Shown here: in pieces, positions 16,818 through 25,299 of the stretch | Layout: the number at the start of each line of letters is the position of its first letter | Numbering within the stretch: the first letter of the stretch is position 1 | Origin: an uncultured Bifidobacterium sp. | Lineage (GTDB): Bacteria > Actinomycetota > Actinomycetes > S36-B12 > UBA5976 | Direction of reading: 5' to 3' | Length of the DNA: 64,000 nucleotides | Assembly: GCA_964655115.1 (NCBI GenBank) | Contig: CAZZKM010000003.1 | Location: 9,198-73,197, forward strand | Notes under the pieces: model-generated | Databases searched by the model: none | What the model saw: only the letters and a program-made list of their open reading frames with translations | What the model was told of the DNA's origin: nothing | Program-made: the position numbers and the translations under genes

Positions 16818-17786
16818 TTATCTTTGGGAAGGATTATTTGGGTTTGGAGTAGTTGGAAATGGTCTTGCCAAAACTGGAACTCTAACATTTTCTCTATCAA
16901 AGGCCACTTTTAATTTTTCTCTAATTTCTCTTGCACTTTGCATTGGTTTATCTGGAGCAGTTTTAGCAGTAATGCGAACAAAAACTGCATCACCCGATAC
17001 TTGCTCTACACCTGCATATTGTGGAGCGTCTAAAAGCATTCCAGAAAAAGCTGGGTCATCTAGCATTTCTTTTCCAACTCTTTCAATTATTACTCTAATT
17101 TTTTCTAAATCTTCGTCGTATGCAATGGGTACATCTACAACTGCAACCGTCCAACCTTGGCTTCGATTTGCAACTCTAAGAATTTCACCATTTCTTACAT
17201 ACCAAACAACACCACTCATATCTCTTAATCGAGTTACTCTTAAATCAACTTCTTCAACAGTTCCAATTGCAGGACCCAAATCAACAACATCTCCAACTCC
17301 ATATTGATCTTCCAAAATAATAAAAATTCCAGCTAGAAAATCTTTAATTAAAGTTTGGGCACCAAAACCTAATGCCACACCGGCAACTCCGGCACTTGCT
17401 AAAAGTGGAGCAACATTTATTCCTAAAACACTTAGAGCACTCATAATCGCAACAGTCCAAATCACAATAGTTGCTGTACTACTAAAAAGTTGTCCGATTG
17501 CTTTGACTCTCTGAACTGTTCTTTGCTGCATAACCATTGCTGATAGTTCAGCCGTGTTGTCAGCAACTTTCTTAAACTGCGGGGCTTTATCTTTTGCTCT
17601 CTTGATGGCGCCCTTAACAAATCTTGAAATTGCAATTCTAACAATTGCATTTAAAACTAATGCGAAAAGTAAAATAAAAATAACCTGGATTGGCACACTT
17701 GATAAATATTCAGTAATTTTTTCCATAAGAGACTTCTCATTCTTCAACATGTAAGCAAGATTACTCTTGCTCTGAATTGCTCCCAA
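16818..17786 (-). CDS. Small-conductance mechanosensitive channel (MscS family)
   Basis: 322 aa, with N-terminal TM helices. The MscS beta-domain follows: GVGDVVDLGPAIGTVEEVDLRVTRLRDMSGVVWYVRNGEIL. Confidence 0.85.
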   Translation of the reverse strand: MGAIQSKSNLAYMLKNEKSLMEKITEYLSSVPIQVIFILLFALVLNAIVRIAISRFVKGAIKRAKDKAPQFKKVADNTAELSAMVMQQRTVQRVKAIGQLFSSTATIVIWTVAIMSALSVLGINVAPLLASAGVAGVALGFGAQTLIKDFLAGIFIILEDQYGVGDVVDLGPAIGTVEEVDLRVTRLRDMSGVVWYVRNGEILRVANRSQGWTVAVVDVPIAYDEDLEKIRVIIERVGKEMLDDPAFSGMLLDAPQYAGVEQVSGDAVFVRITAKTAPDKPMQSAREIREKLKVAFDRENVRVPVLARPFPTTPNPNNPSQR

Positions 17787-17813
17787 ATATGACTTCGCAG
17801 TAAAGTAAGAAAT

Positions 17814-18179
17814 ATGAGATATCTTGGAAAATCAACTCAGATTTTTCTTATTGCAATTTTTCAAACATTATTCTTTTTCGAACCAGCATTTGCAGTTTTT
17901 CGCGATGATGGCGATGAACCAGGAAATCCAATTTCAGGTTTTTCTTCAATTTTGATTTTTGTCGGCGTTCCTTTATTGATTGTCGGTTTTGTTTCTCTTG
18001 CAATTCTTGCTCCGCAATGGACCAGAAAAGCAAAATTAGAATCCGGATTTGTTTCTCATAATGAAAAATGGTGGCTAAATGGTCCTGGAGACGAAGCACA
18101 TGATTTAGATTTTGTTGACATTGATGAAAATCTTGGAAAGTTAACACCAAAAGTAGGTGGCGTAAGTGCGAAGTGGTGA
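17814..18179 (+). CDS. Hypothetical membrane protein
   Basis: 121 aa. Has an N-terminal hydrophobic, signal-like segment and one central TM (ILIFVGVPLLIVGFVSLAILAP). Overlaps the next ORF by 14 nt. Confidence 0.5.
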   Translation: MRYLGKSTQIFLIAIFQTLFFFEPAFAVFRDDGDEPGNPISGFSSILIFVGVPLLIVGFVSLAILAPQWTRKAKLESGFVSHNEKWWLNGPGDEAHDLDFVDIDENLGKLTPKVGGVSAKW

Positions 18180-18546
18180 TTTCTTTACCCAAGATGAACA
18201 AAATCAAATTGCAAAAGCAATTGCGGTTGCTGAAGAATCAAGTGAATTAAATTTCAGTCTTTATGTTGGAGAGTTAGAAGAAGCCAGAAAAGAAGCAATA
18301 AAATTACATTCTTTACTTGAAAACAATTCTCACACAGTACTTGTGTGTGTTGATTTACAAAATCATGCGATTGAAATTGTTACAGGTAATTTTGCTTCAA
18401 CTTTAGTTGACGATCAAGCTTGCAGACTGGCTGCAGTTTCTATGGCAAATGCTTTTGCTAACAATGATTTTGTTGGTGGACTTATTCAAGGTTTTGCTGT
18501 TTTGGGTTCTCATGCATACAAACCAAAATCTTTAACAGATTTCTAG
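18166..18546 (+). CDS. DUF5130/TPM-like small protein (positional equivalent of Rv2468c)
   Basis: 126 aa, GTG start. The FTQDEQNQIAKAIAVAEESS ... VLVCVD ... AIEIVTG pattern resembles TPM-like domains. It lies next to pepN, as in mycobacteria. Confidence 0.55.
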   Translation: MRSGDFFTQDEQNQIAKAIAVAEESSELNFSLYVGELEEARKEAIKLHSLLENNSHTVLVCVDLQNHAIEIVTGNFASTLVDDQACRLAAVSMANAFANNDFVGGLIQGFAVLGSHAYKPKSLTDF

Positions 18547-21104
18547 TTCAAGTTATCTGAATTTTGAGCTTTCAAAGCCCTAGCTAATGAATCTCGTTGT
18601 TCAATAACAATTCTTCTAGCACCCACAGCTAAATCTTGATTATTTTCTAAAAATACATCACATTTATTTATAACATTTTGATTTATATTTGTGCTTGGGA
18701 ATAATCCAGTGACAAGAGATTGACCAATTTCATGTGTTCGTGCATTCCAAAGTATTGAAACGGAATCAAAATATTTATCGACAAAGTTTTTTAATACTTC
18801 TTCGTGATCCATGTATGAAATTCCTGCAAGAATTGAATGAAGTTCTGAGTTAGTCAAATTTTCATTGTTGGTCACTAGACTCCATGCATTTTGCTTTGCT
18901 TCAAGTGTTGGCATTGCCGCTCTTGCGCCTGCGGCATGTTCTCTTCCCATGACTGTGTCATCATTTTTCAATTCTTCTTCTATTTCTTTTTCACCTCGTT
19001 TTCCAACAACAACTAATCTTCGAAGTAAGGCCCAACGAAGGTCTGTATCAACGACTAAGCCTTCGATTTTTTGCACTCCATCTAATATTTGAGCTACTTT
19101 TGTAATTTGATCCTCAGTGGTTGCCACAGCACTGAAAGTTCTCACTAAAGCTAATTGTCTATCGGATCCTGGTTTTGCCAGACTAATTAATCTATCTAAT
19201 CCTGTTGCAAGTTTTATATTGTAATTTTTTCTATTTTTTCTATTTGCAAATACATCAATTGCACTTCGGCATTGCATTAAGACTTGTTGGACTAAACCAA
19301 TATCTGTTTCTTTTTCAATTCCTGCAAGAACTAAATCTAAATATTTTCCAGTCCCAACCTCTGCATCACGAACCATATCCCAAACGGCTCCCCAAATTAA
19401 AGCTCTGGATAAAGAGGATTCGATTGACGCAATTTCTTTGGTTGCTGTAATTAATGAGTGTGAATCGAGTCGAATTTTTGCATAAGTTAAATCATCATCA
19501 TTAATTAGAAGTAAATCAGGTCTTTTAACTCCATTTAGTTCATTAATTATAGTTTTCTCACCTACAACATCTACTTCAATTCGTTTGGTACGAACTAATT
19601 TTTCACCTTGTTTTTCGTATACACCTAAGGCAAGTCGATGAGGTCTTAAAACAGGATCAAGTCCAGGGGGAGCACTTGGTGGTTCTTGTTTGATTGCAAT
19701 TTTTGTAACTAAATTATTTGCATCTACTTCAATCTCTGGACGCAAAAGTGTTGCTCCTGAAGATTCCAACCAAATTTTTGACCAACTATCTAATTCTCTA
19801 CCTGAGGAAATTGATAATTCACTAAGTAAATCTTTAAGCTCAGTATTTTTCCAAGCATGTTTTTCAAAATATTTTTTTAAACCTTTTAAGAAGTTTTCTT
19901 CTCCAACCCATGCGACTAATTGCCTAAGGGCTGACGCTCCTTTGGCGTAAGTTATTCCGTCAAAATTTTCATAAACTGAATCTAAATCTGGCATATTTGC
20001 CGCAATTGGGTGAGTTGATGGCAATTGATCTTGTCTATAAGCCCAAGCTTTTCTTTGTACATGAAATAAAGTCCAAGCTTCGTTGTATTGAGTTGCACCG
20101 GTACTTGCCCAATGTGCGGCCCATTCGGCAAATGATTCATTAAGCCATAAATCATTCCACCATTTCATGGTTACTAAATCACCAAACCACATATGTGCTA
20201 ATTCGTGCAAAATTGTGTTTGCTCTTGATTCGTACGCAGTTCTAGTCGTGCGAGATCTAAAAATATATTCATCTCTAAAAGTGACACATCCAACATTTTC
20301 CATTGCTCCTGCGTTAAATTCTGGAACAAAAACTTGATCATATTTCTTGAAGGGATAACCAATTTGGAATTTATCCTCAAACCATTTAAATCCTTGTTTA
20401 GTAACCTCAAATATTTCTTCGTGATCTAAAAATTGCGACAGAGATGGTCTGACAAAAATTGCCAATGGATAACTACCAAATTTTCCTTCATAGATATCTG
20501 TTTTTTTTGCGTAGGGTCCAGCACATATTGCATATAAATAAGAAGACATCTTTGGAGTTTGATCAAAAGTCCAAATAGCGAAATTATTTTCAATTGGTTT
20601 TGGTTCAGGAGTTTGGGTATTGCTAATTACTGTCCATTTACTTGGTGCTTTAACAGTTAAATTCAATACACCTTTGATATCTGGTTGTTCAAACACAGGA
20701 AAAACTCTTCGACAATCTGGCACTTCAAATTGAGTGTAAATATAAACTTCATTATCAACCGGATCAATATGTCGATGTAATCCTTCTCCTGTATTCATGT
20801 AAGAACATTGAGATTTAATTTTTAACTGGTTTTCTTTCTTTAGTTTTTGTAATTGAATACGAGTTCCATCAAAAACTTTATTTACATTTAGTTCCTCCCC
20901 GTTTAACCAAATTGATTCAACTTGGGGAGACACTAAATCAATCCACGTTGATGAATTTTCTACAGATTTAAAATCAATTGAGGCAAAACAAGAAAACGTA
21001 TCACCTTTGCCATCTAGCTCCAGACTTACCCGATAAACAGGGTCACTAACTAATTCGGCTCTTTGAATCGCCTCATTGCGGGTGATATTTAGATTTTTGC
21101 TCAA
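18543..21104 (-). CDS. pepN: Aminopeptidase N (M1 zinc metallopeptidase)
   Basis: 853 aa. Exopeptidase motif GAMEN, zinc motif HELAHMWFGD plus WLNESFAE. Confidence 0.93.
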   Translation of the reverse strand: MSKNLNITRNEAIQRAELVSDPVYRVSLELDGKGDTFSCFASIDFKSVENSSTWIDLVSPQVESIWLNGEELNVNKVFDGTRIQLQKLKKENQLKIKSQCSYMNTGEGLHRHIDPVDNEVYIYTQFEVPDCRRVFPVFEQPDIKGVLNLTVKAPSKWTVISNTQTPEPKPIENNFAIWTFDQTPKMSSYLYAICAGPYAKKTDIYEGKFGSYPLAIFVRPSLSQFLDHEEIFEVTKQGFKWFEDKFQIGYPFKKYDQVFVPEFNAGAMENVGCVTFRDEYIFRSRTTRTAYESRANTILHELAHMWFGDLVTMKWWNDLWLNESFAEWAAHWASTGATQYNEAWTLFHVQRKAWAYRQDQLPSTHPIAANMPDLDSVYENFDGITYAKGASALRQLVAWVGEENFLKGLKKYFEKHAWKNTELKDLLSELSISSGRELDSWSKIWLESSGATLLRPEIEVDANNLVTKIAIKQEPPSAPPGLDPVLRPHRLALGVYEKQGEKLVRTKRIEVDVVGEKTIINELNGVKRPDLLLINDDDLTYAKIRLDSHSLITATKEIASIESSLSRALIWGAVWDMVRDAEVGTGKYLDLVLAGIEKETDIGLVQQVLMQCRSAIDVFANRKNRKNYNIKLATGLDRLISLAKPGSDRQLALVRTFSAVATTEDQITKVAQILDGVQKIEGLVVDTDLRWALLRRLVVVGKRGEKEIEEELKNDDTVMGREHAAGARAAMPTLEAKQNAWSLVTNNENLTNSELHSILAGISYMDHEEVLKNFVDKYFDSVSILWNARTHEIGQSLVTGLFPSTNINQNVINKCDVFLENNQDLAVGARRIVIEQRDSLARALKAQNSDNLN

Positions 21105-21208
21105 TTCAACCTCGATGAATAAAGTATGTAGAGCAATCTTGGCACGAGCCGTATTGCCTTGGCATAGGCTGGTTCAGGAAAGCGAAAAAGTCTTAGTTAA
21201 GGATTGAA

Positions 21209-21811
21209 ATGACTACAAATGCAAAATTCTGGTTTGATCCATCCTGTCCATGGGCGTGGATGACTTCACGTTGGATCTTAAATGTCGCATCACAAAAACA
21301 AATAAATGTTGAATGGAAAATATTTAGCTTAGGAGTTTTAAATGAAGGTAGAGATTTAAAACCTGATTATCGAGAAAGAATCAATAAAACTTGGGGACCA
21401 GTAAGAGTTCTAGCTGCAGCTAAAAAGCAAAAAGGATCTGAAATTTTGTTACCTCTTTACACAGCAATCGGTAATTTGTTTCATCCTGGTGCTAAACCTG
21501 TAGCAAAAGAAACAGTATTAGAAGCTTTGAAAAGCATTAATTTAGATGAATCTTTAATCGAGGCATACGATAATCAAGAATTTGATAAAGATTTAAGAGA
21601 ATCCACAAAAGAAGCTCTTGATTTAGTGGGAAGTGACGTTGGAACTCCTGTTATTTCAGTTGATGGAGTTGCTTTTTTTGGTCCTGTTATTACACCTGCG
21701 CCAAAAGGTGAAGATGCAGTAAAACTTTGGGACGCAGTTGTTGCAGCTGCAAGTGTTCCAGGATTTTTTGAATTAAAAAGAACTAGAACCGCAAGACCTA
21801 TATTTGACTGA
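21209..21811 (+). CDS. DsbA-like thioredoxin-fold reductase, orthologue-like to M. tuberculosis Rv2466c (Mrx-2), with a CPWA active site
   Basis: 200 aa. It aligns by eye along its whole length with Rv2466c (FWFDPSCPWAWMTSRWIL, WGPVRVLAA, GTPVISVDGVAFFGPV, KLWDA, FFELKRTRT). It sits next to rpiB and pepN, as in mycobacteria. Confidence 0.8.
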   Translation: MTTNAKFWFDPSCPWAWMTSRWILNVASQKQINVEWKIFSLGVLNEGRDLKPDYRERINKTWGPVRVLAAAKKQKGSEILLPLYTAIGNLFHPGAKPVAKETVLEALKSINLDESLIEAYDNQEFDKDLRESTKEALDLVGSDVGTPVISVDGVAFFGPVITPAPKGEDAVKLWDAVVAAASVPGFFELKRTRTARPIFD

Positions 21812-22277
21812 TATGAAAATTCATTTGGGTTGCGATCACGCAGGTTTTGAAGTCAAAGAAAAACTTGTAAGTTATTTAAAGGAAAAAAACCATGAAGTAA
21901 TTGATCATGGAGCATACGTTTACGATGCGCAAGATGATTATCCACTTTTTTGTTTTCTAGCTGCACAAAATACTGCTAAAGATGAAAATTCTTTAGGAAT
22001 TGTTCTTGGTGGTTCTGGGAATGGTGAACAAATTGCGGCAAACAAAATTAAAGGTGTAAGAGCAGCTCTGGCATGGAATGCTGAGATTGCAAAACTTGCT
22101 CGTGAGCACAACAATGCAAATGTGATTGGGATAGGGGCTAGGCAGCACTCTTTTGAACAAATAACAGAAATTGTTGATGCATTCATTAATACAAATTTTT
22201 CTAATGATGAAAGACATATAAGAAGAATTAATAAATTAAGCCAAATGGAAATAAGTGGAGAATTACCAACAAGTTAG
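21804..22277 (+). CDS. rpiB: Ribose-5-phosphate isomerase B
   Basis: 157 aa. Motifs: KIHLGCDHAGFEVKE, GSGNGEQIAANK, HNNANVIGIGAR. Overlaps the upstream gene by 8 nt. Confidence 0.9.
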   Translation: MTDMKIHLGCDHAGFEVKEKLVSYLKEKNHEVIDHGAYVYDAQDDYPLFCFLAAQNTAKDENSLGIVLGGSGNGEQIAANKIKGVRAALAWNAEIAKLAREHNNANVIGIGARQHSFEQITEIVDAFINTNFSNDERHIRRINKLSQMEISGELPTS

Positions 22278-22283
22278 AGATTT

Positions 22284-22358
<75 letters not shown>

Positions 22359-22449
22359 AAATATTTGTAAGTTCATCTTAGGTTTTCACTAATTCTGAAC
22401 CTGATGGCAGACTCAATTATTGTTAACAACTACGATTGAAAAGCGCTCG

Positions 22450-22522
22450 CGGGGCGTAGCGTAGTGGCTAGCGCGCCTGCTTTGGGAGCAGGAGATCGGG
22501 AGTTCGAATCTCCCCGCCCCGA
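22450..22522 (+). tRNA. tRNA-Pro (anticodon UGG)
   Basis: CGGGGCG TA GCG TAGTGGCTA GCGCG CCTGC TTTGGGA GCAGG ... AGTTCGAATCT ... CGCCCCG A. Confidence 0.9.
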
Positions 22523-22548
22523 CACAAACTAAATCAAGGAGACTAATT

Positions 22549-23838
22549 ATTAAAGTAAATAGCACAATTGAAAATTTAACTCCTACAAGAATTAAAGTTT
22601 CAATACAAGTTCCTTTTACTGAATTAAAACCAAGTCTTGATTCCGCATATCAAAAAATTGCTAGCCAAATAAGTGTTCCGGGATTTAGAAAAGGAAAAGT
22701 TCCCAACAAAATAATTGATCAAAGAGTAGGACGTCCTGCCGTTTTACAAGAAGCTGTAAATGAAGCAGTTCCAAGAGCTTATGCCGAAGCATTGAAAGAT
22801 AAAAAATTTCACCCAATTGGAAAACCTGAAGTAGATGTTCAGGAATTAGCAGAAGATAAAGATTTTGTTTTTTCAGCAGAAGTAGATGTGAGACCAGATT
22901 TTGAATTACCAAAATATAAAGGATTAAAAGTAACAGTAGAAAAGCCACGAGACATAAAAGAAGATGTAGAGAAAGAATTAGAAGACTTAAGAACTAGATT
23001 TTCTAGTTTAAGTGCCGTAGAAAGAGCTGCTCAAGATAAAGATGTAGTAATTCTTGACATCGTTGGTAAAAAAGATGAAACCCAAGTAAATCAATATTCA
23101 GGTCAAGCCCTTGCTTACACAATTGGTACAAACGGGTTAGTTCCTGGTGCAGATGAAGCTTTGAGGGGTAAAAAAGCTTCTGAAATAGTCAATTTTGAAT
23201 TTAAACCCGAAGACGGTCCTTTTAAAGATGAAACCATCAAGCTCGAAATAACAATCAACACAGTTAATGAAAAAGTTTTGCCTGATGCAGATGATGAATT
23301 TGCCAAGATGGCTAGTGAGTTTGACACACTTTCTGAATTAATGAAAAATTTGGAAGAAAAAGTAAAAAATTCAAGAGTTATTGAACAAACTTATCTTGCG
23401 CGCGACAAAGTTTCTGATGAACTGGTAAAACTAATGGAAAAAGTTCCTTTGCCAGAAAATGCTATTCAAGCAGAAATTGATGCACACTTTAAAGACGGTC
23501 ATGGCGATGATAGCCATAAACAAGAAGTTGAAAAAAATACCAGAAGGTCCATGCAATCACAATTCATATTGGACAGAATTTCTGAAGAAGAAAAAATAGG
23601 TGTTAGCGATGCTGATCTTTCTGAATGGATTACTCAAAACGCGATTCAGTACCGTATGGAACCAAAAACTTTTGCTGATGCACTAGTCCGTTCAGGTGAA
23701 ATTAATTTGGTCATGGGTGAAATTAGAAGAAGCAAAGCATTAACCCTGGTTTTAACTGCGGCGGAAGTTAAAGACGCTGAAGGCAAAATTGTTGACGTGG
23801 CGAGTGTTTTAAAACCATTTACAGAGCCTGAGGAATAA
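22549..23838 (+). CDS. tig: Trigger factor (ribosome-associated chaperone/PPIase), apparent ATT start
   Basis: The ORF track starts at TTG 22792. The same frame is open from 22465 and upstream encodes the conserved TF N-terminal ribosome-binding domain (KVNSTIENLTPTRIKVSIQVPFTELKP...VPGFRKGKVP). There is no ATG, GTG or TTG in frame between tRNA-Pro and 22792. AAGGAG at 22536-22541 lies 7 nt before ATT 22549. Confidence 0.85.
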   Translation: MKVNSTIENLTPTRIKVSIQVPFTELKPSLDSAYQKIASQISVPGFRKGKVPNKIIDQRVGRPAVLQEAVNEAVPRAYAEALKDKKFHPIGKPEVDVQELAEDKDFVFSAEVDVRPDFELPKYKGLKVTVEKPRDIKEDVEKELEDLRTRFSSLSAVERAAQDKDVVILDIVGKKDETQVNQYSGQALAYTIGTNGLVPGADEALRGKKASEIVNFEFKPEDGPFKDETIKLEITINTVNEKVLPDADDEFAKMASEFDTLSELMKNLEEKVKNSRVIEQTYLARDKVSDELVKLMEKVPLPENAIQAEIDAHFKDGHGDDSHKQEVEKNTRRSMQSQFILDRISEEEKIGVSDADLSEWITQNAIQYRMEPKTFADALVRSGEINLVMGEIRRSKALTLVLTAAEVKDAEGKIVDVASVLKPFTEPEE

Positions 23839-23935
23839 CTTTTCCCTCATAGCGAACATTCTTGTTTTCAAGATGAGAATTCTTGAAAGACAGGTTAAGG
23901 TCGAAGTAACAAGAAATTAGGAGAGTAAAAATATC

Positions 23936-24547
23936 GTGTTCGGGGATGAGCAAATGCGAAATCCAAGTGGTCCAGGAAGTTATGACGACCAAATATTTCA
24001 AAGACTTTTAAAAGAAAGAATTATTTTCTTAGGTACACAAGTTGAAGATTCTGTGGCAAATATGCTCACAGCACAATTATTAGTTTTAGCAGCAGAAGAT
24101 CCTGAGAAAGATATTTATCTTTATATAAATTCTCCAGGCGGATCAATTTCTGCAGGCATGGCAATTTATGACACGATGCAATACATTCCAAACGATGTAG
24201 CAACAGTTGCGATGGGCTTAGCCGCATCAATGGGTCAATTTTTATTATCGGCTGGTGCAAAAGGAAAAAGATACGCACTTCCTCACGCAAGAATCATGAT
24301 GCATCAACCATCAGGAGGAATTGGTGGAACAGCTTCTGATATCAAAATTCAAGCAGAGCAAATGCTTCATATTAAGAAACAAATGGCTAGATTAATTTCT
24401 GAACATACTGGTCAAAAAATTGAACAGATTGAAAAAGACTCAGATCGTGATCGTTGGTTTACAGCAGATGAAGCAAAAGACTATGGCTTTGTAGACAAAG
24501 TAGTTAGATCAGCCAGTGATGTTACTGGTCATGGAGGAACTAGATAG
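23936..24547 (+). CDS. clpP1: ATP-dependent Clp protease proteolytic subunit 1
   Basis: 203 aa, GTG start. Motifs: [15 protein letters not shown], catalytic Ser in [11 protein letters not shown], and His in MMHQPSGG. Confidence 0.92.
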   Translation: MFGDEQMRNPSGPGSYDDQIFQRLLKERIIFLGTQVEDSVANMLTAQLLVLAAEDPEKDIYLYINSPGGSISAGMAIYDTMQYIPNDVATVAMGLAASMGQFLLSAGAKGKRYALPHARIMMHQPSGGIGGTASDIKIQAEQMLHIKKQMARLISEHTGQKIEQIEKDSDRDRWFTADEAKDYGFVDKVVRSASDVTGHGGTR

Positions 24548-25186
24548 ATGAAATTTGAATCAAAATTAAATTCAAAGTTAAATCCTCAATCTCGCTATAT
24601 TCTTCCTGAATTTAGAGAAAGAACTGCAAATGGTGAAAGAGTTCACAATCCATACACCAAGTTATTTGAAGAAAGAATTATTTTTCTAGGTGTACAGATT
24701 GATGATGCTTCAGCTGATGATGTTATGGCTCAATTATTAGTTTTGGAATCTTTAGATCCAGAACGAGATATTTCAATGTATATAAATTCTCCAGGTGGTT
24801 CATATACCGCGATGACTGCAATTTATGACACCATGCAATTTATTAAGCCCCAAATTCAAACTATTTGTTTAGGTCAAGCAGCAAGTGCTGCTGCAGTAAT
24901 TCTTGCGGCAGGATCTCCTGGAAAAAGATTTGCACTTCCTCACGCAAGAATTTTGATTCACCAGCCATATACCGAAGGTGGCGGTCAAGGTTCTGACATT
25001 GAAATTCAAGCAAATGAAATTTTAAGAATGCGTTCTGAGATGGAAGGAATTTTAGCTAAACATACTGGCAAAAAAGTTTCTGAAATTCAAAAAGATATAG
25101 AACGTGACAAAATTTTGACTGCAGAAGATGCGCAAAAATATGGCGTAATTGACCAAGTAATTAGTTCCAGAAAGAATTCAAATTAA
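24548..25186 (+). CDS. clpP2: ATP-dependent Clp protease proteolytic subunit 2
   Basis: 212 aa. Its start directly abuts the clpP1 stop. Motifs: [24 protein letters not shown]. Confidence 0.92.
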   Translation: MKFESKLNSKLNPQSRYILPEFRERTANGERVHNPYTKLFEERIIFLGVQIDDASADDVMAQLLVLESLDPERDISMYINSPGGSYTAMTAIYDTMQFIKPQIQTICLGQAASAAAVILAAGSPGKRFALPHARILIHQPYTEGGGQGSDIEIQANEILRMRSEMEGILAKHTGKKVSEIQKDIERDKILTAEDAQKYGVIDQVISSRKNSN

Positions 25187-25299
25187 TTAAATTTGTTCGC
25201 TGATTGTGAACAAATTGTTATTACTGTGACAAATGTACACAATTTTGTGGGTGTTTCAGGGTAACGTTTCTTTTTAATCAATAAAAATAGGAGCGCTAC

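Noticed and set aside
16804-17307. 167-aa plus-strand ORF overlapping the MscS gene
   Set aside because: It lies entirely antisense to a well-supported MscS coding region. Its product is Ser/Thr-rich and low-complexity, which is typical of out-of-frame antisense reading. There is no ribosome-binding site.
21137-21163. A sigma-54-like TGGCAC ... TTGC motif and a CTTGGCA direct repeat upstream of the DsbA-like gene
   Set aside because: The GG-to-GC spacing is 13 nt instead of the required 10. In addition, Actinobacteria are not known to use sigma-54. This is probably coincidental.
22792-22794. TTG 22792 as the trigger factor start
   Set aside because: It would delete the conserved N-terminal ribosome-binding domain (GFRKGKVP signature), which is encoded in the same open frame upstream.
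23839-23935. Hairpin TTTCAAGA-N7-TCTTGAAA (23866-23888) and a GCGAAC half-site between tig and clpP1, as a terminator or ClgR operator
   Set aside because: The stem is AT-rich with no U-tract, and only one operator half-site is present. This is insufficient to call either feature.
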